DNA from: Flavobacteriaceae bacterium
Lineage (GTDB): Bacteria; Bacteroidota; Bacteroidia; Flavobacteriales; Flavobacteriaceae
NCBI GenBank assembly: GCA_029252105.1
Contig: JAQXCA010000026.1
Coordinates: 12,765-76,764 of the forward strand
Direction of reading: 5' to 3'
DNA length: 64,000 nucleotides
Below are positions 9,454 through 20,222 of this stretch, in pieces. The stretch's first letter is position 1, and every line of letters begins with the position of its first letter. Below the pieces are notes generated by a model. That model was not told the DNA's origin. It worked only from the letters and a program-made list of their open reading frames with translations, and searched no databases. A program made the position numbers and the translations under genes.

Positions 9454-11580
9454 ATGAAACGAAATATAAACTTTTTTCTAGTCTCTATCCTTATTGCTTT
9501 TGCGTCTTGTAGTTTTACACCCAAATCATTTGATGACCCAGATAAAGACAAGCTTTTAATGCAATTGATCACCTATTTGTTGGAAGAGGGGCATTTTGAA
9601 CCAAAGGCTATAAACGATGATTTTTCCGAGGGCGTATATACAAGTTTTTTAAATCAAGTTGATCCGTTTAAAAATTATTTCTATCAATCAGATATTGATG
9701 ATTTTGAGCGTTTTAAAACTGATATTGACGATCAAATTTTAGACCAAGAGGTTCGTTTTTTCAATCTTGTCTATGAGCGTTTAATGATACGTATCGAAAA
9801 TTCTAGAGAGGTTTACAGTCAAGTTTTAAACAAACCATTTGATTACAATTTAGAAGAAACATTCAGTACAGATTACGAAAATAAAGCCTACCCAACATCC
9901 AAATTTGAGATGAAAGAAAATTGGCGTAAACAGCTTAAGTTCTCTACACTTTCAAATTATTATGATTTAGTAACTAATGAAGAAAAAGACGACGACGGTT
10001 ATAACAACGAAAAAAAATCAAATACAGATTTAGAAATTGAAGCCAGAGAAGCCATTTTAAAGTCCTTAAATGAAACGGCGAGTTATATGGATGATCTAAG
10101 ACGAGACGATTGGTTATCGATTTATATTAATACGATTGCCGAAGAATTTGACCCGCACACATTTTATTTTGCGCCTCAAGATAAAGACCGTTTTGACGCC
10201 CAAATGTCTGGAAAGTACGAAGGCATTGGAGCACGTCTTCAAAAACGAATGGATGAAATTAGTATTACGGAACTTATTTCTGGTGGATCTGCATGGCGTC
10301 AAAATAAGTTAGAAGTTGGTGATGTGATTCTGAAAGTGAGACAAGAAGATGAAATTGAGGCCGTCAATGTAGTTGGTATGCGCCTAGATGATGCAGTCAA
10401 ACTGATCAAAGGACCAAAAGGAACAAACGTTATATTAACGCTTAAAAAAGTTACTGGAACCATAGAGGACTTAAGTATTCCTAGAGATGAAATAGAACTA
10501 GAAGAAACCTATGCCAAATCGTCTACCGTCAAAAAAGAGGGTGCTACATTTGGGGTCATTAATCTTCCAAAATTTTATGTTGATTTTGAAGATTACAACA
10601 ATCGAAATGCGGCAAGTGATGTCAAAAAAGAAATTGAACGTTTAAAAGCTGAAGGCATGCAAGGATTAATCTTAGATTTAAGAAATAATGGTGGAGGTTC
10701 TCTAAAGACTGTTGTTGATATGGGAGGTTTATTTATTGAAGAAGGTCCTATTGTTCAGGTGCGTTCTACTGGCGAAGACAAAGAAGTTTTAAAAGATACA
10801 GACCGATCTATTGACTGGAAAGGGCCACTCGTAATTTTAGTTAATGAATTATCGGCATCAGCTTCCGAAATTTTAGCCGCTGCAATGCAAGACTATAAAC
10901 GTGCGATTGTCATTGGTAGTAAACAAACCTACGGAAAAGGTACCGTTCAAAATATTGTAGATTTGAACCGTATGATTCGAGGAAATACCAACGGGGACAT
11001 GGGAGCTTTTAAGTTTACAACTCAAAAATATTACCGTATCAATGGCGGCTCCACCCAGTTAGAAGGCGTCAAGAGTGATGTAGTTGTTCCAGACCGTTAC
11101 AGTTATATAGATATCGGAGAAAAAGATCAAGACAACCCATTGGCATGGGATGAAATTGCGCCTGCAAATTATACGATTTGGGAAAGTACCTTTGATTACG
11201 ATAAGACCATTCAAAACAGTAAAGACCGTATGAATACTAGTGCCGGAATTAAGCTTATTGATGATAATGCACGCTGGGTGAAAACCATGAGAGATCAATC
11301 TGAATACCAATTGAATTTCTCAGCCTACTCAAAAAATCTCGAACAGAAAGAATCAGAAGCAAAACGCTTTGATAAACTATCAGAATACCAAACAAATCTA
11401 AGCTTTGAGTCTTTGCCCTACGAGCTCCCTTTAATGGCACAAGACTCCGTATTAAAAATTAATAGAACCCGCTGGCATGAAAATTTAAGTAAAGATATAT
11501 ACATTGAAGAAGCTATTAATGTGTTAAGCGATTTAAAAAATTCGTATAAAATTAATAAATTAGCACAGATAAAAGATTAA
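9454..11580 (+). CDS. prc: Carboxy-terminal processing protease (S41A, Prc/Tsp-like) with PDZ domain, lipoprotein
   Basis: Lipobox FASC, GIGA PDZ motif, DLRNNGGG, SASASEI catalytic Ser, GKGTVQ. Confidence 0.92.
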   Translation: MKRNINFFLVSILIAFASCSFTPKSFDDPDKDKLLMQLITYLLEEGHFEPKAINDDFSEGVYTSFLNQVDPFKNYFYQSDIDDFERFKTDIDDQILDQEVRFFNLVYERLMIRIENSREVYSQVLNKPFDYNLEETFSTDYENKAYPTSKFEMKENWRKQLKFSTLSNYYDLVTNEEKDDDGYNNEKKSNTDLEIEAREAILKSLNETASYMDDLRRDDWLSIYINTIAEEFDPHTFYFAPQDKDRFDAQMSGKYEGIGARLQKRMDEISITELISGGSAWRQNKLEVGDVILKVRQEDEIEAVNVVGMRLDDAVKLIKGPKGTNVILTLKKVTGTIEDLSIPRDEIELEETYAKSSTVKKEGATFGVINLPKFYVDFEDYNNRNAASDVKKEIERLKAEGMQGLILDLRNNGGGSLKTVVDMGGLFIEEGPIVQVRSTGEDKEVLKDTDRSIDWKGPLVILVNELSASASEILAAAMQDYKRAIVIGSKQTYGKGTVQNIVDLNRMIRGNTNGDMGAFKFTTQKYYRINGGSTQLEGVKSDVVVPDRYSYIDIGEKDQDNPLAWDEIAPANYTIWESTFDYDKTIQNSKDRMNTSAGIKLIDDNARWVKTMRDQSEYQLNFSAYSKNLEQKESEAKRFDKLSEYQTNLSFESLPYELPLMAQDSVLKINRTRWHENLSKDIYIEEAINVLSDLKNSYKINKLAQIKD

Positions 11581-11586
11581 TCGCGA

Positions 11587-12675
11587 ATGCAAAAACAAGG
11601 ACTAACGACACTAGCACTCCAAAAATTTAAAAAAAGTTTATGGGGTGTTTTTAGTTTTTGGTTTATTATATTTTTGGCATTTATTTCGGTATTTGCCTAT
11701 GTTTTAGCACCTGATAATTCTCAGTATGCGAACCAAATGCATTTACCGATACACTCTAAACAACCAGGGTTTACGATAGACATGCTTATCATTCCGAACA
11801 ATTTATCAACGAATCAGAGTTTTTTGAATCGGATGTTTTTTGGGGCTACCAATCCCCCCTCTGAAATACCAATAACAAGTTCCAAGTTTGAATTGCATCA
11901 AATAAAATATACCGAATATGCCTCAGAAGGCCTTCAGGGGTTAGAAAAAACGGTAGAGATTCCTGAAAATTTAGAAACATCATTACGCCCTTTTATCGCC
12001 CAAAAAACATTTTATTTTGGAACTGATAACTATGGAAGAGACCTCCTAAGTCGAATCTTAGTCGGAGCACGAATTTCATTTTCGATTGGTTTTGTCGCTG
12101 TTTTTATTTCTCTTCTTATTGGGATTATACTAGGGGGTATTGCTGGTTATTTTGGAGGTAAATGGGATAAATTTATTATGTGGATTATTAATGTGACGTG
12201 GTCAATTCCTACGTTACTCTTGGTTATTGCAATTACATTGGCATTAGGGAAAGGGTTTTGGCAAGTATTTATTGCCGTTGGGCTCACCATGTGGGTTGAA
12301 GTCGCTCGTATCGTTAGAGGTCAGATAATGAGTGTGAAAGAAATGCAATATGTCACTGCGGCCCGAGCTTTAGGATATACAGATTTCAGAATTATCTCGA
12401 AACATATTTTACCAAATATTCTAGCACCGATTATTGTAATATCTGCGGCTAATTTTGCCGCTGCGATTCTAATCGAAAGTGGACTAAGTTTTTTAGGTAT
12501 TGGCGCACAACCACCAATGTCTAGTTGGGGCGCAATGATTAAAGATCATTATAATTATATCATTTTGGGAAAACCCTACTTAGCACTCATTCCTGGATTG
12601 TGTATCATGAGTTTGGTAATGGCTTTTATGCTGATCGGAAATTCCTTGAGGGATGCTTTGGATGTGAAAGCTTAA
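11587..12675 (+). CDS. OppC/DppC-type ABC transporter permease
   Basis: GTDNYGRDLLSR, EAA-like loop YVTAARALG, ESGLSFLGIG..P..SWG. Confidence 0.92.
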   Translation: MQKQGLTTLALQKFKKSLWGVFSFWFIIFLAFISVFAYVLAPDNSQYANQMHLPIHSKQPGFTIDMLIIPNNLSTNQSFLNRMFFGATNPPSEIPITSSKFELHQIKYTEYASEGLQGLEKTVEIPENLETSLRPFIAQKTFYFGTDNYGRDLLSRILVGARISFSIGFVAVFISLLIGIILGGIAGYFGGKWDKFIMWIINVTWSIPTLLLVIAITLALGKGFWQVFIAVGLTMWVEVARIVRGQIMSVKEMQYVTAARALGYTDFRIISKHILPNILAPIIVISAANFAAAILIESGLSFLGIGAQPPMSSWGAMIKDHYNYIILGKPYLALIPGLCIMSLVMAFMLIGNSLRDALDVKA

Positions 12676-13220
12676 TTATTCATTTCAGGGGGATAACTAC
12701 ATAAAATTGAATTCACAAATGAATTGATGCGTTCGTCTTTATACTTTACGCTTGTAGTAAGATTTCCACGACCAATGCCTTGCCAAATAAGTTCTTTTTG
12801 TTTGGCGTCAATCAAATCGATATATAAAGTGCCTTGTGTGGAATTCGAAATGTTATACTGTGCTCCAAAAAAAGGCCCTCGACCAAAACCCCAGCCATAA
12901 CCCCAACCATAACCAAAAGAACCAAAATTATTATTCTGGACATTGATTTGTTGTTTTTCTTTTGTAAAAAAGTTGACTAACAAATCGGGAGTTGCTGATT
13001 TCGTAAAACCTTTCTCTACTAGGGCAGTTTCGATAGCACGTAAAATACGACGTTTATCTAAGTCACTTATTTCTGCACGATCTACACCTTCTTTATGAAA
13101 CCCAAACGTTTTATACGTTTTAAATGGTGCTACTTTATCATAATCAGTCACCACACGTACCGATTGACACGAGCTTAGAACTAATACGGCAATTACAAAA
13201 GATAGTATTTTAGTTTTCAT
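12672..13220 (-). CDS. DUF4136 lipoprotein
   Basis: Lipobox LSSC, DYD..F..YKTF, G/Y/W-rich loop, GTLYIDLIDAK..LIWQG. Confidence 0.88.
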   Translation of the reverse strand: MKTKILSFVIAVLVLSSCQSVRVVTDYDKVAPFKTYKTFGFHKEGVDRAEISDLDKRRILRAIETALVEKGFTKSATPDLLVNFFTKEKQQINVQNNNFGSFGYGWGYGWGFGRGPFFGAQYNISNSTQGTLYIDLIDAKQKELIWQGIGRGNLTTSVKYKDERINSFVNSILCSYPPEMNN

Positions 13221-13231
13221 AAGAATTGTTT

Positions 13232-15232
13232 TTATAGATTATTAAAAAGCGTTTCATCAACACCGTTTGGTACAGTTATTTTTAACAATGGTTCAGCAGC
13301 CATCGCTCGTTTGATGGCAAATATAGCACCCTCATTTCGAGCCCAGTTACGTCTTGCGATACCATTATTCACATCCCAAAACAACATGGACTTCAAACGT
13401 CTTTCTGCTTTTTTAGTACCATCAATAACCATACCAAAGCCGCCGTTAATCACCTCGCCCCAGCCTACACCACCGCCGTTATGAATACTCACCCAAGTTG
13501 CGCCTCGGAAACTATCGCCAATCACATTTTGAATGGCCATATCTGCTGTAAACTGAGAGCCGTCATAAATATTACTTGTTTCTCTGTAGGGCGAATCGGT
13601 GCCTGATACGTCATGATGATCTCGTCCTAAAATCACAGCGCCAATATCGTTGTTTGCTATAGCGGTATTAAATGCTTCTGCAATTTTCATGCGTCCTTCG
13701 GCATCGGCATACAAAATCCGTGCTTGAGACCCGACGACTAATTGGTGAGCTTGTGCGCCTTTAATCCACTGAATATTATCGGTCATTTGTTGCTGAATTT
13801 CCGGCGGAGCTTCTTTTTTTAGAGTTTCTAAAACCCGGCACGCGATAGCATCTGTTTTTGCAAGATCTTCAGGTGTTCCTGAAGCACAAACCCATCGAAA
13901 GGGGCCAAACCCATAATCAAAACACATGGGACCCATAATGTCCTGAACATAGCTAGGGTATTTGAAATCAATTCCGTTTTCGGCCATAATATCGGCACCA
14001 GCTCGCGACGCTTCTAATAGAAAAGCATTTCCATAGTCAAAGAAATAAGTGCCTCTGTCAGTATGCTTTTGAACTATGGCTGCATGACGTCTTAGGGATG
14101 TTTTTACTTTTTCTTTAAATAATTCAGGGTCAGAACCCATAAGTATGTTTGCTTCTTCGTAGCCCATTCCAGCCGGATAATATCCACCTGCCCAAGGATT
14201 ATGTAATGATGTTTGGTCACTTCCTAAATCGACATGAATGTTAGCGTCGTAAAATTCTTCCCATACATCAATCACATTTCCTAAATATGCAATGGAAACA
14301 ATTTCTTTATCTTTTTTTGCTTTATGAACTCGTTGAACGAGCGTTTCTAGATCTGTAAACATTTCATCGACCCAACCCTGTGAATGGCGCGTATAAAGTG
14401 CTTTTTCATTAACTTCTGCACAGACTGTAATACAACCCGCAATGTTTCCTGCTTTTGGTTGGGCGCCGCTCATACCACCCAACCCTGCTGTCAAAAATAT
14501 ATTTCCTAGCGGCGGTTTGTTTAGTTTTCTAAAAGCATTCAAAACCGTAATGGTGGTACCATGAACTATGCCCTGTGGACCAATATACATATAGCTACCA
14601 GCCGTCATTTGACCGTATTGTGAAACCCCTAAGGCATTAAATTTCTCCCAGTCGTCTGGCTTGGAGTAATTAGGAATCATCATCCCATTGGTGACGACCA
14701 CTCTTGGTGCTTCGACGTGCGACGGAAATAATCCCATCGGATGTCCAGAATACATCACTAAGGTTTGAGTGTCGGTCATTTGTGATAAGTACTGCATGGT
14801 AAGACGGTATTGTGCCCAATTTGAAAACACGCTTCCATTTCCACCATAAGTAATCAATTCATGGGGGTGTTGTGCAATCGCATCATCTAAATTATTTTGA
14901 ATCATTAACATGATGGCGGCAGCTTGTTTGCTTTTTGCGGGATAAGCATCAATTGGTCGTGCTACTATTTTATGCGTAGGACGAAAGCGGTACATATAGA
15001 TACGTCCATAAGTATCCAATTCGTTTTTGAACTCTTTAATAAGTGTTGGATGGTGTTTTTTGTCAAAATAACGCAACGCATTTTTAAGTGCTAATTTTAC
15101 GTCTTCAGCGCCTAAAATTGATTTTCGTTTAGGGGCATGATTATAGCTGTCATCATAGGGACGTATGGGTGGTAGTGTTGCTGGTATGCCTTCTAAAATT
15201 TCATCTTTAAATGTAAGCTCTATAGTATTCAC
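13232..15232 (-). CDS. hutU: Urocanate hydratase (long form), GTG start
   Basis: GQMTAGSYMYIGPQGIVHGT, GLGGMSGAQP, GRDHHD, HNGGGVGWG. Confidence 0.96.
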   Translation of the reverse strand: MNTIELTFKDEILEGIPATLPPIRPYDDSYNHAPKRKSILGAEDVKLALKNALRYFDKKHHPTLIKEFKNELDTYGRIYMYRFRPTHKIVARPIDAYPAKSKQAAAIMLMIQNNLDDAIAQHPHELITYGGNGSVFSNWAQYRLTMQYLSQMTDTQTLVMYSGHPMGLFPSHVEAPRVVVTNGMMIPNYSKPDDWEKFNALGVSQYGQMTAGSYMYIGPQGIVHGTTITVLNAFRKLNKPPLGNIFLTAGLGGMSGAQPKAGNIAGCITVCAEVNEKALYTRHSQGWVDEMFTDLETLVQRVHKAKKDKEIVSIAYLGNVIDVWEEFYDANIHVDLGSDQTSLHNPWAGGYYPAGMGYEEANILMGSDPELFKEKVKTSLRRHAAIVQKHTDRGTYFFDYGNAFLLEASRAGADIMAENGIDFKYPSYVQDIMGPMCFDYGFGPFRWVCASGTPEDLAKTDAIACRVLETLKKEAPPEIQQQMTDNIQWIKGAQAHQLVVGSQARILYADAEGRMKIAEAFNTAIANNDIGAVILGRDHHDVSGTDSPYRETSNIYDGSQFTADMAIQNVIGDSFRGATWVSIHNGGGVGWGEVINGGFGMVIDGTKKAERRLKSMLFWDVNNGIARRNWARNEGAIFAIKRAMAAEPLLKITVPNGVDETLFNNL

Positions 15233-15399
15233 TTCGTTGATTTTTGTGTATTAGTACTGGTGTTATAGCCGTACGGACAATGCTTACAACCGCTCTCACA
15301 GCAATACCCGCGTTTAAGATGATATTGTTCCGTAAAACAACGATATCCCTGTTCGGTGAGGTAATAATCATCCTCTTCTATGGGAATGTGTTTTTTCAT
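15229..15399 (-). CDS. Small Cys-rich protein (DUF5522-like, 56 aa), not in ORF track
   Basis: Manual translation MKKHIPIEEDDYYLTEQGYRCFTEQYHLKRGYCCESGCKHCPYGYNTSTNTQKSTK; its TGA overlaps the hutU GTG (GTGA). Confidence 0.85.
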   Translation of the reverse strand: MKKHIPIEEDDYYLTEQGYRCFTEQYHLKRGYCCESGCKHCPYGYNTSTNTQKSTK

Positions 15400-15519
15400 A
15401 TAAACAAATATAATGTAAATTTTAGAGACCTAACTTCTTAGGAACTGTAGCTTTATTGTTGTGATACTGAACACTATTGTGAAAGTATTTAGTATTTTTA
15501 CGTTTTAGACTTTACAGCA

Positions 15520-16410
15520 ATGCTCTCTATTAAATCGTTAGATAATATTCGTTTAAACGCTCAGGTGTCTCTGAAGCCAGATTACTTGATACATCCAACG
15601 GTATCAGGGAATAAATATAGAAAGTTAAAGTATAATTTAGAAAAAGTTCGCTCAGAACATCATAAAGGAATTCTTACGTTTGGTGGGGCGTTTTCAAATC
15701 ATATTGCTGCTACAGCGGCAGCAGGTCAGGCATTGAATATCCCAACAGTAGGTATTATTAGAGGGGAAGAATTAGCGTCTAAAGCGGAATTGAATGCCAC
15801 GCTAAGTTATGCAAAATCTTGTGGTATGCATTTAGAATTTGTAACGCGTTCTGTGTATAAAGAAAAAACTGATCCAGAGTATTTGAACTCACTTTTAGAA
15901 CCCTTTAAAAATTTTTACATCCTTCCAGAAGGAGGTTCAAACGGTCTCGCTGTTAAAGGGTGTGAGGAAATTTTAACTCAAAAAGATCAGGCTTTTGATA
16001 TCATTTGTTGTGCTGTTGGAACTGGGGGTACTATAGCAGGGCTTATTAACGCGAGTTTACCGTCGCAAAAAATTATTGGATTTCCGGCGCTCAAAGGCGG
16101 TTTTTTAAACGAAGATATTTGTAAATTTGCAACACAGTCAAATTGGGAGCTTTGGGATACCTATCATTTTGGAGGCTATGCCAAAGTGGATTCTAAATTA
16201 ATAACATTTATGAACCATTTTAAAGCCATCTATAATATTCCTCTAGATCCTGTATACACAGCTAAAATGATGTATGGCATTTTTGATGCGATTCAAATAG
16301 GAAGAATCTCAAAAGAAGCTAAAGTTTTAGCTATTCATACTGGAGGACTACAAGGGGTTGAAGGGATGAATTTAAAATTAAAACGAAAGCAACTAGAACT
16401 CATAATTTAG
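15520..16410 (+). CDS. PLP-dependent ACC deaminase / D-cysteine desulfhydrase family protein
   Basis: SGNKYRKL, GGAFSNH, LPEGGSN, GTGGT, LDPVYTAK, IHTGGLQG. Confidence 0.92.
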   Translation: MLSIKSLDNIRLNAQVSLKPDYLIHPTVSGNKYRKLKYNLEKVRSEHHKGILTFGGAFSNHIAATAAAGQALNIPTVGIIRGEELASKAELNATLSYAKSCGMHLEFVTRSVYKEKTDPEYLNSLLEPFKNFYILPEGGSNGLAVKGCEEILTQKDQAFDIICCAVGTGGTIAGLINASLPSQKIIGFPALKGGFLNEDICKFATQSNWELWDTYHFGGYAKVDSKLITFMNHFKAIYNIPLDPVYTAKMMYGIFDAIQIGRISKEAKVLAIHTGGLQGVEGMNLKLKRKQLELII

Positions 16411-16495
16411 TTATGAAGCATCCAAAGTTTGAAATTGAAACCCAAGAAAAATATTAAAAGAATAAACTTTGTGATTACTAAAAAACATTAAACAT

Positions 16496-17275
16496 ATGAA
16501 ACGCATTATTATTGTTATTTTTTTAGGACTATTAATCTCAAGTTGTGGGGCGCGACGTAAGGCAAAACTAAAGGTAATGTCTTCAAAAGTGGAGATCACA
16601 ATAAATAAGACCTCTAAGCCTGAGCCTTCAAAAAACACGCCTGTTACCAATAATGCTTTAGATTATATATCATATTATAAATCGATTTCTATCAGTGAAA
16701 TGTATCTTTATGGAATTCCTGCGAGTATCACTTTAGCTCAAGGTATTTTAGAATCTGGTTCCGGAAAAGCGCGTTTGGCACGTGATGCAAATAATCATTT
16801 CGGTATCAAATGCCACGATTGGAAAGGTGCGCGTGTATATCATGACGACGATAAGGCTCAAGAATGTTTTCGGAAATACAAAGACCCTAGTCAATCTTTT
16901 CGGGATCATTCAGAATTTTTGGCAAATAGGAAACGCTATGCGGGTTTATTTAAATTAAAAAAAGACGATTATAAAGGATGGGCCAAAGGTCTCCGTAAAG
17001 CGGGCTATGCTACCGATCCGAAATACCCTCAAAAGTTAATTAGCTTAATTGAACGGTATGAGCTTTATAAATATGATGTGAAGTCCAAAAAGTCACGTAC
17101 CAAAAATGAATCTTCATCGCCGTCTTCAAAAGTTCAGTATACCGTCAAAAAGGGAGATACTTTGTATTCGATTTCAAGATTATATAACACTACTGTTGAC
17201 GCTATAAAGCAACAAAATAATTTGAGATCAACAGCTTTAACTATTGGACAACAACTTATCATTTCTTCAAACTAA
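16496..17275 (+). CDS. Glucosaminidase (GH73) + LysM peptidoglycan hydrolase, lipoprotein
   Basis: Lipobox [29 protein letters not shown]-terminal [13 protein letters not shown] LysM. Confidence 0.92.
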   Translation: MKRIIIVIFLGLLISSCGARRKAKLKVMSSKVEITINKTSKPEPSKNTPVTNNALDYISYYKSISISEMYLYGIPASITLAQGILESGSGKARLARDANNHFGIKCHDWKGARVYHDDDKAQECFRKYKDPSQSFRDHSEFLANRKRYAGLFKLKKDDYKGWAKGLRKAGYATDPKYPQKLISLIERYELYKYDVKSKKSRTKNESSSPSSKVQYTVKKGDTLYSISRLYNTTVDAIKQQNNLRSTALTIGQQLIISSN

Positions 17276-17279
17276 TTAC

Positions 17280-18566
17280 ATGAGATATCAACGCAGTAGT
17301 CAATTATTCAAAGCCGCTTCAGATGTTATTCCCGGTGGTGTCAATTCACCAGTTCGTGCTTTCAAAGCCGTAGGAGGGACGCCTATTTTTGTCAATAAAG
17401 CAAAAGGCGCTTACTTGTATGACGCCGACGGCAATCGCCTTATCGATTATATCAATTCGTGGGGGCCAATGATTTTAGGTCATGCCTATCCACCTGTGAT
17501 AGATGCTGTGGTTGAGAAAGCACAACTGGGAACATCTTTTGGAATGCCCACAGAAATTGAAACCAAAATTGCTGAATTAGCGGTTTCTATGGTTCCAAGT
17601 ATAGATCAAATTCGGTTTGTGAACTCTGGAACAGAGGCCTGTATGAGCGCTGTACGTTTGGCACGAGGATTTACTGGAAAAGAAAAAATCATAAAATTTG
17701 CAGGCTGTTACCATGGACATTCAGATTCCTTTTTAATTCAAGCGGGAAGTGGTGCGGTAACTTTTGGAAGTCCAAACAGCCCCGGAGTCACAGAAGGCAC
17801 TGCGAAAGACACACTATTAGCACCCTATAATAACTTGGAAGCTGTAGCTACAATTTTTGAAGCAAATCCATCTGAAATTGCGTGTATTATAGTGGAACCC
17901 GTTGCGGGAAATATGGGGTGTATTCCACCACAACCTGGTTTCTTAGAAGGTCTTAGAGCTTTATGTGACTCTCATCAGGCAGTTTTAATTTTTGATGAGG
18001 TTATGACGGGCTTTCGTTTGGCAAAAGGAGGCGTTCAAGAATTGTATGGCGTTACTGCCGATATTGTGTGTTTTGGAAAAGTAATTGGCGGCGGATTGCC
18101 AGTTGGTGCTTTTGCAGCACGGCATGAAATCATGAGCCATTTAGCCCCTTTAGGACCTGTTTATCAGGCTGGAACTTTGAGTGGAAATCCCTTAGCAATG
18201 GCGGCAGGGTATGCGATGCTTCAGGCATTAGAGTCGGACGCTAAAGTGTTTGATCGCTTGGCAGAAAAAACAGCCTACTTACACAAAGGAATTGCAGCTG
18301 CTTTAACAGCACACAAAATTTCACATACGATTAACAGAGTAGGGTCTATGATTTCGATTCATTTTTCAGAAACTCCAGTAGTAGATTTCGAAACGGCTGC
18401 TGAAGGAAATAACGCTCGTTTTAAAACCTTTTTTCATGGGCTTCTTGATGCAGGAATCTATATTGCACCCAGTGCTTTTGAAACTTGGTTTATTACGGAT
18501 GCTTTAACTTATGAGGATTTGGACGAAACAATTGCGGCTGTTGCCAAAGTTGCGCCTACCCTATAA
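17280..18566 (+). CDS. hemL: Glutamate-1-semialdehyde 2,1-aminomutase
   Basis: [39 protein letters not shown]. Start reassigned to ATG 17280, just after the upstream stop. Confidence 0.96.
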   Translation: MRYQRSSQLFKAASDVIPGGVNSPVRAFKAVGGTPIFVNKAKGAYLYDADGNRLIDYINSWGPMILGHAYPPVIDAVVEKAQLGTSFGMPTEIETKIAELAVSMVPSIDQIRFVNSGTEACMSAVRLARGFTGKEKIIKFAGCYHGHSDSFLIQAGSGAVTFGSPNSPGVTEGTAKDTLLAPYNNLEAVATIFEANPSEIACIIVEPVAGNMGCIPPQPGFLEGLRALCDSHQAVLIFDEVMTGFRLAKGGVQELYGVTADIVCFGKVIGGGLPVGAFAARHEIMSHLAPLGPVYQAGTLSGNPLAMAAGYAMLQALESDAKVFDRLAEKTAYLHKGIAAALTAHKISHTINRVGSMISIHFSETPVVDFETAAEGNNARFKTFFHGLLDAGIYIAPSAFETWFITDALTYEDLDETIAAVAKVAPTL

Positions 18567-19334
18567 GGGTTTCAAAACTAATTTTCGAAGGCCTACAAAT
18601 ACCAATATAAAAGCGGAGTACCCTATAAAAAATGGAATCACATAAGCTTCTAGTTGTAAAGCCAGCATGGCTGCCATAAATAAAAGCTGAAATCCGAGCC
18701 CGTACATGGATACCAGCGTCATAAACCATTTTGGAAATGGAGGACTATCACTTGCATTTTTATCCATATAATACATGATCTTATCAAAAGTGATGTATAA
18801 AACATCATAAATTTTATAACAGATATTAACGGCACGTTGACTTTCGCCTTTGAGCGCTTTTGGTGCAGCATCCTCAAAAACACGGCTTGTGGAGTCGCCT
18901 TCTACAGCATTTCTTAAAATGACATAATAGTAGTTGTAGACGGTACCCTGCAATTGAATCCCAAAAAAAGCAGCTAACATATACAGTATTGACCCATCTG
19001 TAATGTACCAAAAAGCTAATAGAAAACAAAAATTAAGAATAAAGTCGGCAATAGAATCATAATATCGTCCTGTATAAGAAGGCGTGTTTTTTAATCGTGA
19101 CAATTCGCCATCCGCAGCATCTAAAATAGATTTTAGAATGATGAAAAATGCAGCAGTTTTATAGTAGCCATTAAGCATACATCCAATAGCTATAAGTCCA
19201 GCTACAATAAAAAGTGTTGTCACGTGAATTGGTGTGAATCGCGTGTGTTTAAGCTGGTTTGCAATCCAATTGCCTCCGCTACGACCATAGTCGGATAAGT
19301 CTAAAAACTGATATTGTTTTGGAAGTTTCCCCAT
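18561..19334 (-). CDS. CDP-alcohol phosphatidyltransferase family protein
   Basis: DAADGELSR...GRYYDSIAD matches the DxxDGxxAR..GxxxDxxxD signature. Confidence 0.88.
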   Translation of the reverse strand: MGKLPKQYQFLDLSDYGRSGGNWIANQLKHTRFTPIHVTTLFIVAGLIAIGCMLNGYYKTAAFFIILKSILDAADGELSRLKNTPSYTGRYYDSIADFILNFCFLLAFWYITDGSILYMLAAFFGIQLQGTVYNYYYVILRNAVEGDSTSRVFEDAAPKALKGESQRAVNICYKIYDVLYITFDKIMYYMDKNASDSPPFPKWFMTLVSMYGLGFQLLFMAAMLALQLEAYVIPFFIGYSAFILVFVGLRKLVLKPL

Positions 19335-19519
19335 GCTAAGCCACTTGTAAATTGGTTAATTATATACGGCGGCTAATGTACAATCATTTTTTGGAATTAA
19401 TTTTTCAAATACGCCTTAATCCATAGTACACAAAAACTTATAAGCATAATAGCATAAAGTTTTTAAAAAATAGTATATTTAAACACTTGCAATTTTCGCG
19501 AGTTTTTTTGCGCTAAAAA

Positions 19520-20206
19520 ATGACCACTTTAGAAAAAAAATTAAAAAACCCTGTGTGGTTTTCATTAAATGAGACCCATAAAAAGTTTAGAATAGAATTT
19601 GACGGTGTTCAGTTTTACCATCCAGAAGTCTGTACATTCGGCGCTTTTACGGATGTTACTAAAACAGCCAATACATTAAATACGTATTCAAAATCGTCCC
19701 AAAATTTCTTTTTAGTTTCAGAAAATGAAACTCCACTAATAGACTCTAAAATAGTAATTCTAGAAAAAAAAATTGAAGGGTGTCAAATGATTTTAGACCA
19801 TTTAGTTGATGTTAAAATTACAGAACAAATTGTTCCTTTGACAGAAAAATATCGCGATGAAATTTATGATTTAATATGGTTGGTGATGCCAGGATATTAT
19901 CAAAAAAGATCCTTTGAAATGGGTAATTTTTTCGGAATATTAAAACACGGTAAATTGGTTTCAATATCTGGTCAACGCCTCCAAACAGATGATTTCATTG
20001 AAGTAAGTGCAGTGGTTACACATCCAGATTATACGCGAAGAGGTTATGCAAAACAATTGGTTGCACACACCACAAAAGAAATTTTAAAATCTCATAAACT
20101 CCCTATTTTACATACAGATAAAGGCAACTCAGCGATTCCTCTTTACGAAAAATTAGGTTATAAAATTACACGAGACATGAATTGGTGGTTTTATGGTAAG
20201 AAATAG
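19520..20206 (+). CDS. GNAT (FR47-like) acetyltransferase
   Basis: L.NPVW N-terminus, EVSAVVTHPDYTRRGYA, N.AI.LYEKLGY. Confidence 0.88.
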   Translation: MTTLEKKLKNPVWFSLNETHKKFRIEFDGVQFYHPEVCTFGAFTDVTKTANTLNTYSKSSQNFFLVSENETPLIDSKIVILEKKIEGCQMILDHLVDVKITEQIVPLTEKYRDEIYDLIWLVMPGYYQKRSFEMGNFFGILKHGKLVSISGQRLQTDDFIEVSAVVTHPDYTRRGYAKQLVAHTTKEILKSHKLPILHTDKGNSAIPLYEKLGYKITRDMNWWFYGKK

Positions 20207-20222
20207 TTTTACTCCTACACAA

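Noticed and set aside
12880-12925. CCCCA(G/A)CCATAA short repeats
   Set aside because: They encode the GYGWGYGWG low-complexity loop typical of DUF4136 proteins.
15244-15441. Plus-strand 65-aa ORF in the ORF track
   Set aside because: Antisense shadow of the minus-strand Cys-rich DUF5522-like gene coupled to hutU.
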